Positions 26,635 through 39,034 of a stretch of DNA of 64,000 nucleotides are shown one piece after another (position 1 is the first letter of the stretch; each line of letters begins with the position of its first letter). The DNA lies in NCBI RefSeq assembly GCF_036321535.1, contig NC_087436.1, positions 65,908,001 to 65,972,000 of the forward strand, in the 5' to 3' direction. Source of the stretch: Camelus dromedarius. Its lineage: Eukaryota. The translations under genes and the position numbers were made by a program. The notes under the pieces were generated by a model. That model searched no databases. It was not told the DNA's origin and saw nothing but the letters and a program-made list of their open reading frames with translations.

Positions 26635-29600
26635 TTAAGACTGAGCCAGTTTGGAATGCCAAAGAAGCAGGCACCAAGTTGGGATAAGACATGTAAGAGA
26701 CTTATTAATGGAACACCTGGGAGGAAAATGGGGCAAGACATAAAGGAGATGAGGAGAGCTTGCAGACCATAGAGCCCAGATATTAGCCAAAAGAAGCATC
26801 ATCTCAGTGTCAACAACTCAGTGCCATCATCTCAATACTTCTCCATGCTTTTGAAACTACACATGGTTATAGTGAAAACAACTCTACCTCCAAATGACTC
26901 TACCAGAGCTCTACAACTGGGGTTAACTTACTCATAAATCTTCTTTGTAAGCCTGGGATAACCCAGGGGAGAGGCTAGCTGAACTCAGCTCATTCCTAGG
27001 TTACTCAGTGCTTCCCTGTCATGCACGCTCTCAGGTGGGCATTGACTTAAGAAAAATGGATCCATAAATGCTGTGTTCACTCTCAGTTCTATCAACATGA
27101 TGTTTCCCAGACTTGTAAGTTGTCTCAATACAGAGAATTTTCCCTCAACACTGACTTTCACGGCTGCCCCAAGGAGGTGGCTGTGGAGTGGCCTCTGCCC
27201 ATTTCAGCTCACAATAATACACCAAGCCAACCCATCTCTGAACAAAACCAAGCCATTTTTTTTCTGACAACAGTTAATTGTAGAAAAAGCACAACAGATG
27301 TGATTTTATGGAGAGGCATTGGAAAATTAGACATAGGAGACATATGTCTGTATCACTTACTCTGTAACTTACTGTGCTCTCTGAGTTTGCATCAATGCTC
27401 AATGATCCAAAAACACTCGTGTTCCCCCAGTTCCTATTGGTATATATCAGCTAGGCCCTGTTGATCTTTTGGTGACTAATTCTGAATGTGCCATTGCCAT
27501 CATATGGTGGACTGCTGCTGTGACTGTCTGAAATTATGATCTATGGATTGACAATAACCTAGCACCAGTTGATGTACAGCTAACTCATTGGACCAAAGTC
27601 AGGAAATCGATCTTCACTAGTTGCAAGAGCATAAAAGAGCAGCTCTCTAATGTAGCCAAATGACCTTGTTAGAAAACCCTGGGTGTCTGAACCATGACTC
27701 TTCTACTGGAATTTTCCAGAAACTCTACATTATCCTTTTCTGCAACCATTATTTCTATAATCCTATGACCTGCAAGACCAACTGGCTCAAGTGGTAAAGC
27801 CACTTACTAGACAGTCTTTTTTCACTCTGGACCTACTCAAAACTGATACCTTTCTAAGTCACCTGACAAGTGTCAAAGCAATGTTTGCTATATGTAAAAT
27901 CCAAAAAGGCCTACCATATGTTCCACTTGTTTCTTGGTGGTAGAAAGGACAAGGTGTAATAATATATCCTTTAACTTGGGAATTTTTTGATGTGCCCAAG
28001 AGCAGCAGACCTTTAAATATTTACTACTGTGAAATTCGCTTAAATCTTTTTATTTACAATATCACACCTGTGGCATTCATAAGTCTAACCAGGGCAACCA
28101 AAGGACCTGCTATTATTGTTCCCATGTCTAATTTACATGGTTTATGCATTTTTTCAAATAAATAACAAACTGAGTGCAGACACAGAATTAATCTGTTTAG
28201 TAAAAACACCACATCTGGAAAAGCTGCAATAATTGGTAGCACATTGTTTAAGTTCACCATAGTCCTTTGGCAGCCACTATAATCCATAAGATTATTGTGC
28301 AGTCAGACTAGTGAATTATAAAGGGTTATGATGGAGAATATCATTCCTGAATTGTTTATGCTTTCAAGAGTGGCATTAATCTCTGTTATGTCACCAAAGT
28401 TGTAACATTGCTTCTAACTTTGGAGTTTCAGGAGATTCCATTTGATGTCTTCTCCTCATTCCATCTATCACCTGGCTTTTCTATATGTCCCTATACTTAC
28501 TGTAGTACTATGATAGTGCTTCTGTTTTCTTTTTGCTTTGTCAGTTTTGTACTTTATGTAAAAATCCTTAAAAATGCCGGGCCTTATTTTTCCCCAGTGA
28601 ATATTTACTCTACTATAATGATTGTGGATGCCTTTAGAGAATAACTGGGGAAACACTTCACATACAGTTGCTGTGATGTTTGGTGATCTTTCTCAATGTG
28701 ACTTAGCCTTCTGTTCAACTCATGTTCTCCAGTCCTGAGACCTGGAAACTGAATTAAGAGCTCATAATTTTCTTTTGAGGCAGCCGAAAGTAGACTTTGG
28801 TTCATTAGCTCTTGAACAGTTTTTGTTTACAGATCAAGCAATATCCTCCCTGGCAGCTTGTATACCTAATCCTTAGGAACCCCATGGTCTATTACTCATC
28901 CCCCATAGATTGCTGCGAGTCATTTCAGCTTTCCTGCTTGTTTTAGTAATTGTATACATCTTGTCTCTGACTGTTAAATGCTGTCATTAGGCTTCTGCTT
29001 TCTGAAATCTTATTATCACTATTGATACTTAGGAGCCCAGTTGCATAACAACTTCTTCTTTTATCAATTTTGGTCTACAAAGGACAGAAAATACTATTGT
29101 TTTTTAAGATTCCAGGAGCTCTCTCATTAGCACATTGCTTATTGCTTAGATAAAGAAATATCCTCTGTGCCCACCAAAGGAACAGAGTTAACCAATGAGT
29201 TCTCTAGTCTTATAAACTAAATCTCTGCTGGCATGAGACCAAATAGAGATTTGACCTCATTCTTTACTGTGCCAAGATATATTTTGCATTTCCAACTCAT
29301 TTACTGCAGATCATTGTTTTTGTTTGTTTGCTTTTTGACTTTTTCCTCAAGATTCAAGAAATCATTCAAGCATCATCTTAAGAGCAGCTCAAGAATGTTA
29401 TATCTTACATCACAAGAGGATAATTCTTATTAGTAATTTTCTTGTATTTTGACATATCTGCTGCATCACTTTACTTGAATAACCCAAGATATATTTCCAA
29501 TCATATTTTCCCTATCTTTTATGCATATGTTAGCCTGAACTTGTGTAGGTCTTCTGGTGGCTAATACCTTTACTCCTGAAACATGTAATTATTGCTGAGT

Positions 29601-30500
29601 CAGGCCATTATGAGATTTGATTCTAGCTATTGACCTAGATACCCTACAGAATATGAGGGCAAAAGTTAAGAGGACAAATATCATTATTTGAAGTATCCAC
29701 TTAAAAGCCAGTTGAGGCAACTCCATATTGTCAAGGCATGAGCAAGCTTCTATCCTAACGTAAGAAGGTTAAGAAATCAAGGTTAAGCACATCCGACTAG
29801 ATGCTCCCATATCAGGTATCAGGGTCTAACAGGTCTATCAGAGCTATGTCTTTAGTGAAGAAGAATCTTCAAAAAATTGTTCTCTGAAATCAGGCCCTGT
29901 GCCTTATTTCATTCAATGCGATATGGATATCTTTAAATCTTCTCATAGAAGACTTGCAGATTTCACAGAATTTTGGATTTTCACATAATCTACTAATTTG
30001 ATGGCTGGCTGGCTTATGGCTGTCATTCTTGTCATTTTCTTGCTTGAATGCATCAATGGCATTTAAAAACCAACCACCTACGCTAGTATCTTCACAACCA
30101 CCATCTTCATCATTTTCTCAAAAGCAAGAAAGGTTACATATGTCAGCACAACTCTTCACTTGTATCCCATCCTGATTTCACACATGTAGGAACTTTAATG
30201 ATTGTAATGCTACAAAGTGCCAAAACATAACCACGCCACTTACCACCAAAATATGGTTTTGCTGTTATCTTGCTGGTAAGTAATTTAACAATCTCTACAT
30301 GAGTATCTAATTCTTTGTCCCAAGTCTGGTACCAAATTAGTATGGCTACTCCCAGAAGCAGATTCTAAGTCAAATATTCAAGTCTAGATTCTTTACCCAG
30401 GAGGCACAGAAAAAAAATTAGCAGAAGAGGAGAGAAGTGATACAGAGAAAGGAAGAGAGTGAAAGCAGATGAGTTACTAAATCAACTACCACAGTTGCTG
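26635..30500 (-). mobile_element. Ancient ERVL-class proviral relic (LTR16/ERV3-16-like): LTR-PBS-gag-pro-RT-RNase H-LTR
   Basis: RT remnants KQCYNFGDITEINATLESINNSG (~28330-28420) and QRTMVNLNNVLPIIAAFPDVVFLL (ORF 28054-28287); connection-region QSQQQSTI*WQWHI (~27480-27530); RNase H-like sequence at ~27130-27260; LTR16-like ends (agaagcag motif) at 26640-26775 and 30340-30500. Confidence 0.8.
30317..30334 (-). other. Primer-binding site, tRNA-Leu type
   Basis: TGGTACCAGACTTGGGAC, 13/18 match to recalled TGGTACCAGGAGTGGGGT, directly internal to the 5' LTR. Confidence 0.7.
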
Positions 30501-30504
30501 ATGA

Positions 30505-31883
30505 ACTTAATCCAAAGGAGGCAAGAATATACAATGGAATAAAGACAGTCTCTTCAGCAAATGGTGCTGGGAAAACTGGACAGCAGCATGTAAAACAATG
30601 AAGCTAGAACACTCCCTTACACCATATACAAAAATCAACTCAAAATAGATCAAAGACTTAAACATAAGACAAGATACAATAAACCTCCTAGAGGAAAACA
30701 TAGGCAAAACATTATCTGATATACATTTCAAAAATTTTCTCCTAGTAGAAATAAAAGCAAGAATAAACAAATGGGACCTAATGAAACTTACAAGCTTCTG
30801 TACAGCAAAGGAAACCAGAAGTAAAACAAGAAGACAACCTACGGAATGGGAGAAAATTTTTGTAAATGAAACCGACAAAGGCTTGATCTCCAGAATATAT
30901 AAGCAGCTCATACAACTCAATAAGAAAAAAATAAACAACCCAATCCAAAAATGGGCAGAAGACCTAAACAAGCAGTTCTCCAAGGAAGACATACAAGTGA
31001 TCAAAAGGCACATGAAAAAATGCTCAATATCACTAATTATCAGAGAAATGCAAATCAAAACTACAATGAGGTATCACCTCACACCAGTCAGAATGGCTGT
31101 CATTCAAAAATCCACAAATGACAAATGCTGGAGAGGCTGTGGAGAAAGGGGAGCCCTCCTACACTGCTGGTGGGAATGCAGTTTGCTGCAGCCACTATGG
31201 AAAACAGTGTGGAGATTCCTCAAAAGACTAGGAATAGACTTACCGTATGACCCAGGAATCCCACTCCCGGGCTTTTATCCAGAAGGAACCCTACTTCAGG
31301 ATGACACCTGCACCCCAGTGTTCATAGCAGCACTATTTACAATAGCCAAAACATGGAAACAGCCTAAATGTCCATCAACAGGTGACTGGATAAAGAAGAA
31401 GTGGTATATTTATACAATGGAATACTACTCAGCCATAAAAACCGACAACATAATGCCATTTGCAGCAACATGGATGCTCCTGGAGAATGTCATTCTAAGC
31501 GAAGTAAGCCAGAAAGAGAAAGAAAAATACCATATGAGATCGCTCATATGTGGAATCTAAAAAACAAACAAACAAACAAACAAAAACAAAGCATAAATAC
31601 AGGACAGAAACAGACTTATAGACAGAGAATACAGACTTGTGGTTGCCAGGGGGGTGGAGGGTAGGAAGGGATAGACTGGGATTTCAAAATTGTAGAATAG
31701 ATAAACAAGATTATACTGTATAGCACAGGGAAATTTACACAAAACGTTATGGTAACTAACAGAGAAAAAATGTGACAATGAGTGTGTATATGTCCATGTA
31801 TGACTGAAAAATTGTGCTGAACACTGGAATTCGACACAACATTGTAAAATGATTATAAATCAATAAAAAATGTTGAAAAAAAA
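30505..31883 (+). mobile_element. Young 5'-truncated lineage-specific L1
   Basis: Well-preserved ORF2 C-terminus, 3'UTR with G-rich tract, AATAAA at ~31862 and short A tail. Confidence 0.95.
30781..31560 (+). pseudogene. L1 ORF2p C-terminal fragment (259 aa open), non-functional
   Basis: [29 protein letters not shown] (CCHC region), [13 protein letters not shown]; upstream in-frame Trp>TAG at 30646-30648; EN and RT domains absent. Confidence 0.9.
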
Positions 31884-33074
31884 GGTGGGGGCTGACAACT
31901 ATTATTATTAAAATTAAATAAAATAAAACATAAAAATAATCATTAGCATATCTAGCAAGATAGACCTGAAAAATTTTAAATATCTTTATTAGTATATTTA
32001 GAATTAAACAAAAGCCCTGATGATACCGATTGAATTATTATTATCTTTTGTTTCATGAAGGCTGTTACATGCCTAATTGTGCTTTATAAAGTGCACTGTC
32101 AGCTGAATATGAAATTCATTTTAAGGCTTACTTGCTCTGAAAGGTAACAGCCTGTGTTAAAAAGTATCTATGTATCCTCAGGTCTAGCACCTTTTTAAAT
32201 CAGAAGAAGGAGTTTAACTTTGTCTTTTAGGTAGAAAGATGTTGGTAGGAGACAATCATTTTTGCTAGTTTAATCATATCTAGCTTTGTTTTAGAAAATG
32301 TTAAATTATTCAGTTTATGTTTGTGCATTTGCATTTGTTAATATGTTTTAATATAAATAACTCTGAATAACATTTTATTGTAAACCTTGTTTACTTTGCT
32401 AAAAAGAGTAATACTTATGCAACAGTATATTGAGTATATTACGATTGTTATATTTTGATAAATGTCCCAAGTGCTCTAATATTGAAATTCATTTCCTATT
32501 TGACTTCTGTGCAGCCTCCAGTTCTATACTTTCTGTTTCACTTTTTCCCTTTTGCTCTTTCTCTTAGTCCCTCAACTCTAGTTCAGTTTGTTTGCTCTTC
32601 CATATGTACACAAACATTACAATTCTGAATTACAGAATTAAAACTATGGTTCTCCCAGCAAATAATATACAGACTGGAGCAGAAGTTCAAATAATTATTT
32701 GTATATGCTTCTTATATCGTGTGTATTTTTAAAAGAATATATTTCCCCTCCTAAAAAAATGACTATTACCTTTACTTATACAGATTATTTGGAACTTGCA
32801 TTTTAAAATTCTTAAGTAATTTTAGCACAATGATAGAACTTAGAGTTGTTTTTTATATACTGTTAAAGAAAGTATCACATTTATATCATAATTTATTATT
32901 ATAATTTCTTCCATCAATCAAATCTTAAGGGCAATATATACATTTGGTAAATTAAGTAAATTAAGTAAAAGTAAGTTATATTTAGTCATAAGAAGTTACT
33001 TGTGCCATTTTTTGGCATACTTAATATGTAGCAAATGCATTTTTATATTCTGTGTTAGAAAATAAGTACAAAAA

Positions 33075-33800
33075 TGATAATCCAACTCCATAGCTTTAAA
33101 ACTGTTAGTGCTCCCCAGTGTTCTAAGAATGTTTTAAAATCCTAACATGGCCTGCACTACCTGGTGTACCGCGGCACCAGCTTACTGCAGCCTCTACTCC
33201 TACCACTTATTATGACCCTATTTCACTGCATCCTGAGTGGTCTTTTAAAAAGCAAAATGAATTTAGTTTGGAAGCCTTTAAAGGCTTTCCAACACACAGA
33301 AGAGAAAACTGAAACTTTTCACTGTGAACTTAAATGTCTTATGCAACCTGGCTTCTGTCTAATTCCTCATTTGTTTCTGCTCCACATTCTTTCCCATTCA
33401 TTCTGTGACAGCCATACTTAACTGCTTCCTGTTTCTCAAACCAGTTGAGTTCTTTTCATCACAGGCCTTCATTTTCTATCCTAACCCCTCAAAGCTCTTG
33501 GCATAGATTCTTTTCATAGGTCTAGCTGAAGCTAAAAGTCACTCCTTCACAGAAAACATCACTGATCACTCTGCTTAAAGTAGAACCCTCTTAAGCCACT
33601 TTCATTTCCTTCACAGAAAATAATATCATAAATAGCATTTATATTGTCCATGTATGTGTGTGCATGTGCATATATCTGTGAGTATATGTGTACACACATA
33701 TACATACATACACAGTCTGTCTCCTTCCTTTAGCAAGTAAACTCTGTGAGGGCATAAGAGTAGGCATTTTGTCTGTATTATTCACTACTCTATATCACCT
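33075..33800 (+). mobile_element. L2 3' region
   Basis: gagtggtcttttaaaaagcaaaatg...gtctgtctccttcctttagcaagtaaactctgtgagggca...ttttgtctgtattattcactactctatatc. Confidence 0.75.
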
Positions 33801-34959
33801 GTTTTTCTGTTTGATTTTTCATTCACTTTACCAACTTTGAGTTGATATCTATGTCTCCTTCCTAATAAGAAAATTACATTCCTAGAAATAATTTGAATTC
33901 CACTGTTTTAGCTTATAGCATAGTAGATCTATATCTTGATTAAGTTTGATAATGTGGCATGTATGCTATTTTATGATATAATTTATTTACTAATAAAAAA
34001 TGAAATTAGAATTATATTGTGTAATGTGAAATATTTGCTTTTCTGATTAATACTCTCCTTTCCAATAGGCTTACTTTTTCATTGTTTAACTGGTAGCTTG
34101 CCCATTGTTTAACTATTGTCTAACCTTCATTTTAATACTATCTGCATCTCTTAGTTATTAACAAGACTACTTTCAGATTTGAAGCAAATGTCATCTACTC
34201 TATGCGTTTAAAATATCTCCATAGTTATTCAGTAAAATTTTCAACCTGGAAAACACTGAAAAATTTTTTAAACATCTTTGACAGAATATGCTGTGAAAGC
34301 ATTTCAATATTACCAGTTGTTTATTACTTATAATGTCATATAGGTTTTCATTTTGAACACCTGTACTTTAATATAATTAATTCTGCTTATGTCTTCCTCA
34401 CTTTCATTTAATAATAGTAAGTAAAACATTCTCATTTTCTTAGATTTGACACTTAGACTTCTTAAGCCAAAGAGTAACATTTTACATTAGTTTATTTATG
34501 ACTTCTAAAGGGACAATAATACTGCTTGGAACAATTAGTGCTTTCTACAATATTGTAATAAGCAAAACCAAAATAAATATCAAATATACTTGGTTTATAG
34601 TTCATTTTAGTTCACAGATTTTGGAATCTACTGTTGATTATTGGTTTTTCACCTATTTAATAAAACTTGTTTCTTCAAAAAAATAAAGATACTATTATTG
34701 TACACTGAAGAATGTCAGTAAATATCTCATAATATTTTGTTTTTCATTATGGTATTTTAACCTATACATGGATATTTGAGACCTAAAGTGTTTAATTTTT
34801 AGACCAATAATCCTTTTGACAACTGATTCAGTAGTCTCTATTCAGTCATCTTTATTTTTGTACTTATGAAATAACATGATTTAAGAGATTCGACTTTCCC
34901 TCTAAGAGAGGCTGTGATTTTGCCAAGCTAATGGATAAGAACTGCATCTTTTTTTTCTG

Positions 34960-35160
34960 TTCTGTACAAAGCAAACAAAGGAAAGAAAAGCTGACAGAAT
35001 TTCAAAAGTGTCAATCAAACAGCAACTGCAAAGTCGAAAAGCACAAGGCAATGGCACTCCTGACAAGCTGACAATACTTACAGCTCCTGATAGAAATCAC
35101 TTTGAGTCTGGGTGACTAGCATAGGGTGATGTCTGACAGCTGATTTGTACAAGTAACTAA
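34960..35160. promoter_or_regulatory. Candidate enhancer: TALE (MEIS/PBX) motif cluster with SOX-type and E-box sites
   Basis: Five TGACA cores in ~150 bp, including minus-strand TGATTGACA (35009-35017) and TGACAGCTG (35134-35142); AACAAAG at 34974-34980; no repeat recognised. Confidence 0.35.
35082..35156 (-). other. Candidate 75-nt frame-preserving exon (unverified)
   Basis: Acceptor cgttcctcttgctgccttctttAG and donor GCT|GTAAGTA; single open frame, YLYKSAVRHHPMLVTQTQSDFYQE(L); peptide not recognised. Confidence 0.3.
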
Positions 35161-35364
35161 AGAAGGCAGCAAGAGGAACGTGAACATATTAAAGACTGAG
35201 GAAGGAATAAACTATAAGGCAAGGTGATGGACATCTATTTTTTCCTTGCAACTACCATGTTAACACCAATCCTTTTGTATTTAAATTATTTCTTAAATTA
35301 ACTAAAACAAATAATCCTAAGATAAATAAGGCTAACTGTATAGTAGTTTATTTAATTGCTTATT

Positions 35365-35510
35365 ATTTAATATTTCTATCCACTAGAATGTAATGTCCAA
35401 AAGTCAAGGATTTTTGTCTGGCTCATCAAGCACCATAACCTCCGGCAATAGATTAGGCCCTTGAACTGAATAGAAAATCAATAAACTTATTTGATCAGAT
35501 GAATGATATA
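35365..35510 (+). mobile_element. L2 3' terminus
   Basis: ccactagaatgtaatgtcc...gtcaaggatttttgtctg...tcaataaacttatttgatcagatgaatga. Confidence 0.75.
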
Positions 35511-36059
35511 AACCAATGATGCAAATATGCTCAACTATCAGATCAAAATCTATTCCAGTGGTTTCATTTGAATTTTGAAGACAATATAAAAACAGTGAAT
35601 GAAAATTTAGTTTCTATCAGTAGTACTGACAATATACAGTTAAGCTGTTAGGGTAAACCACATATCATTATCATCCTACAGAAATGTCCTGTTCAATGTG
35701 TTAATTATCTTATTTTGGAGATATAGGTTTCTTTACATATAAAATTCATCACTCTTGAAAGTATCATGAACAACAACATCCATGTCATTCTTCCTTCTTG
35801 GACTGATGGAAGACTAAAATTACCAGACCTGTAAAATCAAGCAGGATCATGTGAAAATACTAACGTACTATAAGCAGTGTGACACTGTTTTCATTAAACA
35901 TCATAAAAAAGTGACATTTATGCACCACAAACCTAATGAAAAAGAACATTGTCATTTTCTCTGAGGATACTTCCTGGGCATAATTCTCACTAACATTATT
36001 TATACAAACAAACATAAAGAAAAACATTTTTATTTATTATTTTTCCTTATGTTTCCATC

Positions 36060-36345
36060 CATAAATAATTATTCTTTGCATGTTTTAAAATGTATGGATA
36101 CAGCTATACTGTATCTTTTCTTCAGAGACTTTTTTCTCTTACTCAGCATCTATTTCCTGGGGTCTGCCACACTTGATGCTTGTAGATTTAATCAATTCAT
36201 GTTCACAGCCATATATGGTCTGCCATTGCTTGAATACACAACAATTTGTTATCTACTTTTCTCTGGTTGTTATTTGTGTGGTTTCAGTGTCTTTATTAAT
36301 ACAAACTGAATTATGAACACTCTTGTAAAATTCTCCTGATTTACA
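36060..36345 (-). mobile_element. L1ME-type fragment
   Basis: ttactcagcatctatttcctgggg...tcaattcatgttcacagccatatatggtctgccattgcttgaatacacaacaatttg. Confidence 0.65.
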
Positions 36346-37489
36346 ATGCAGAAGTTTACACAGGGAAGATTGTTCTCGAAGTCTGTGAAATGATTCAATT
36401 GCAGAAAAGAAGAATAGGAAAGGTCATTTAATTGGGAACACAGCATAAGGAAAACTATTCAGAAGATAGTAACTAATGTTGTCAATGACAGTTGCCCAAT
36501 TAAAACTTACAACCATTTTTATAACCAGCCAAACAGGTTATAAACTCAGTGAGGAGGGTTTTTCAATGAGAAGTTAACACCTGGATGTTTTATCCAGGAA
36601 GTTTCAAATCAGTGGTATCACAATCAGTTGAAATATCTTTATTAAGAAATTTGGTACTAAAAAAAGTAGTGAATTTTGTGACTTACATATAAAAAATGTT
36701 ATAACCAGTGTGCCTGAATTGCAACTCATGTACCTATTTGGTTTAACTTTGATAAGAATAAGAAACTGTGGTGCAATTGGAGCCAGCATGTTCTTTATTG
36801 CATCTAAAGTTGGAAGATACTGGCAAAGGAATGTGTGGTACATATGGATGAAATTTGTTCCATTTGTCAAAACAGTGAAAAGAAACAGTGAGAGAATTGA
36901 AAGAGCTGATTTAGAGTGATTTTCTGTGAATACATAAAAAGAATGGATGCAAATAGCCATGCGAAGGGAAAAAAAAATGTATTTGCTTAGATGTAGGGAA
37001 AAGGAAAATGGTTACAGAAAATAGTGGAGGTTTCCAAATTGTATGGTGTATTTGTCTTTATATGTACGTTCCTGTGTGAAAACAGATGTTTTTAGAAAGA
37101 TATAGTTTAGAGATATTATTGAGGATGTTAAATGCTTGTTGTGGACATTTTGAATGTACATATTTTCTACAAAAGGCAGAGAATATTGCTGTAGAATATT
37201 TTTAGAATGCCCATAGAATGGCAACACAAGGAAGAAAAATAACAATAAAAAAACCTGCTTTTATTCCCCTCTCAGGCCTTTTTATGGTTAAAGTTTTTAT
37301 AGAGATGAGATTTAAATACTACTTTTTAAAATGTAAGCTCTTTTAGCTCCAAAAACCTTAACTTCAAAAAGCAGTTACCGTATAAAAATGTTGACCAATC
37401 AATATGTAATAAAACTTATCTTTTTAGTTAAAATTCTTGATGAAATTTCAAACGTAGCTCTTTACTTTCATTGATGCAGCCAGTAACTG

Positions 37490-37541
37490 TGACTATGTTA
37501 GGGTTTTCCAGAGAAACAGAACTGATAAGATTTTATATGTA

Positions 37542-37578
<37 letters not shown>

Positions 37579-37597
37579 ACACATATATATGTGTGGG

Positions 37598-37628
<31 letters not shown>

Positions 37629-38013
37629 GTGATTTATTTCAAGTATTTGGTTCATATGATTCTGGGAGCAGGTGGGTTTGAATCTGTAGAGCAGACCAGC
37701 ATGCTGGAAATTGTAAGAGTTGATTGAGCCTGAATTCCACAGAGAAGCATGTTGAAAATGCAGACATGTATTCTATATTACAGTCTTGAGGAGAATTCCT
37801 CCTATCTGAAGGAATTTGTCTTTGCTCTTTAAGGCCTTTAACTGATTAGATGAAGTCCATCCACATTATGAAGGTTAATCTGCTTTACTCATAGTTTACT
37901 GATTTAAATACTAATCACATCTAAAAATGCCTTTGCAGTAACGTCTACAATGGTGTTTAATCAATAAACTGGGCACCTTATTCAAGCCAAGTTGACATAA
38001 AATTAACCATCAC
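37490..38013 (-). mobile_element. MLT2 LTR (3' LTR of ERVL relic) with (TG)n(TA)n
   Basis: ttagggttttccagagaaacagaac...agccaagttgacataaaattaaccatcaca. Confidence 0.9.
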
Positions 38014-38489
38014 ACTCCAATTGATATCTGTTATCAACTGGATCACACTGTTATCAATTCAGCACCCACACACTCCTCACTAAATTATTCTTGATCTGCA
38101 AATAAGATAGTAACAAAGTCATACTTCTGACTAGCATGATGCAACTACCCGGCATACAACTTAATCCTTTCTCTAGCAGAGGACAGAAAGTCCTGGGTGA
38201 CGCCATCCTTCTCCCTGCTGTCCTATAACTCAAATACTGTGATATAAAGTTAATATTTGTTATATAAGGGGATAAGAAAGGCAAGGAAACAGTATGATTT
38301 CATACACACAGAAACAAACATATTCACAAAAACAAAGAAATACTAAGAACAATTACAGTTCTTGTTTCTGCAACTAGTCACACAAGTATAGCTGCTATTT
38401 AAAACCACCTTTTTTATTGCCCATTCTATTTTCCCTTTGCACTTGGCAACCACTTTAGCTGGCTTTTTTAGATTTCTGCTTCTGTAGCA

Positions 38490-39030
38490 TTTTTATTGTG
38501 GTAAGAATATTTAGTATGAAATCTACCCTCTAAACAAAATTTTAAGTATATATTACAATATTGTTAACTATAGGCATTATGTTGTATAGCAAATATCTAG
38601 AACTTATTTATCTGGCATAATTGAAAATTTACACATGTCGAACAACAACATCACATGTCCCCAACCCAGAACGCTGGCGGCCACTATTCTATTCTCTGGT
38701 TCTAGGATTTTGACTACTATAGATGCCTTGTATTAGTGGAATTATACAGTATTTGTCCTTATGTCACTCACTTATTTCACTTAATAAGATGTCCTCCAGG
38801 TTCATACATGTTGTGTATGGCAGAGTATCTTTTTTAGGGCTGAATAATATTCCATTGTTTGTATATACCACATATTTGTTCAATCCTCAGTGGACATTTA
38901 GATTGTTTACGTATCTTGGCTATCATGAAATAATGCTACAACGAAAATGGAAGTGCAGATATCTCTTTGAGAATCCAATTTCAATTCTTTTGGATATATA
39001 TACCCAGAAGTAGAATTGCTAGATTATATA
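38490..39030 (-). mobile_element. L1MA/MB-type 3' end (non-inverted arm)
   Basis: ttttattgtggtaagaatatttagtatgaaatctaccctc...tcaattcttttggatatatatacccagaagtagaattgctagattatat. Confidence 0.9.
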
Positions 39031-39034
39031 AGAG

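Noticed and set aside
30507..31058. 183-aa minus-strand ORF
   Set aside because: Antisense shadow of L1 ORF2, a common artefact
36604..36960. 118-aa ORF and overlapping 69-aa ORF
   Set aside because: No recognisable domain or exon structure; the region looks like a very degraded L1ME 3' end
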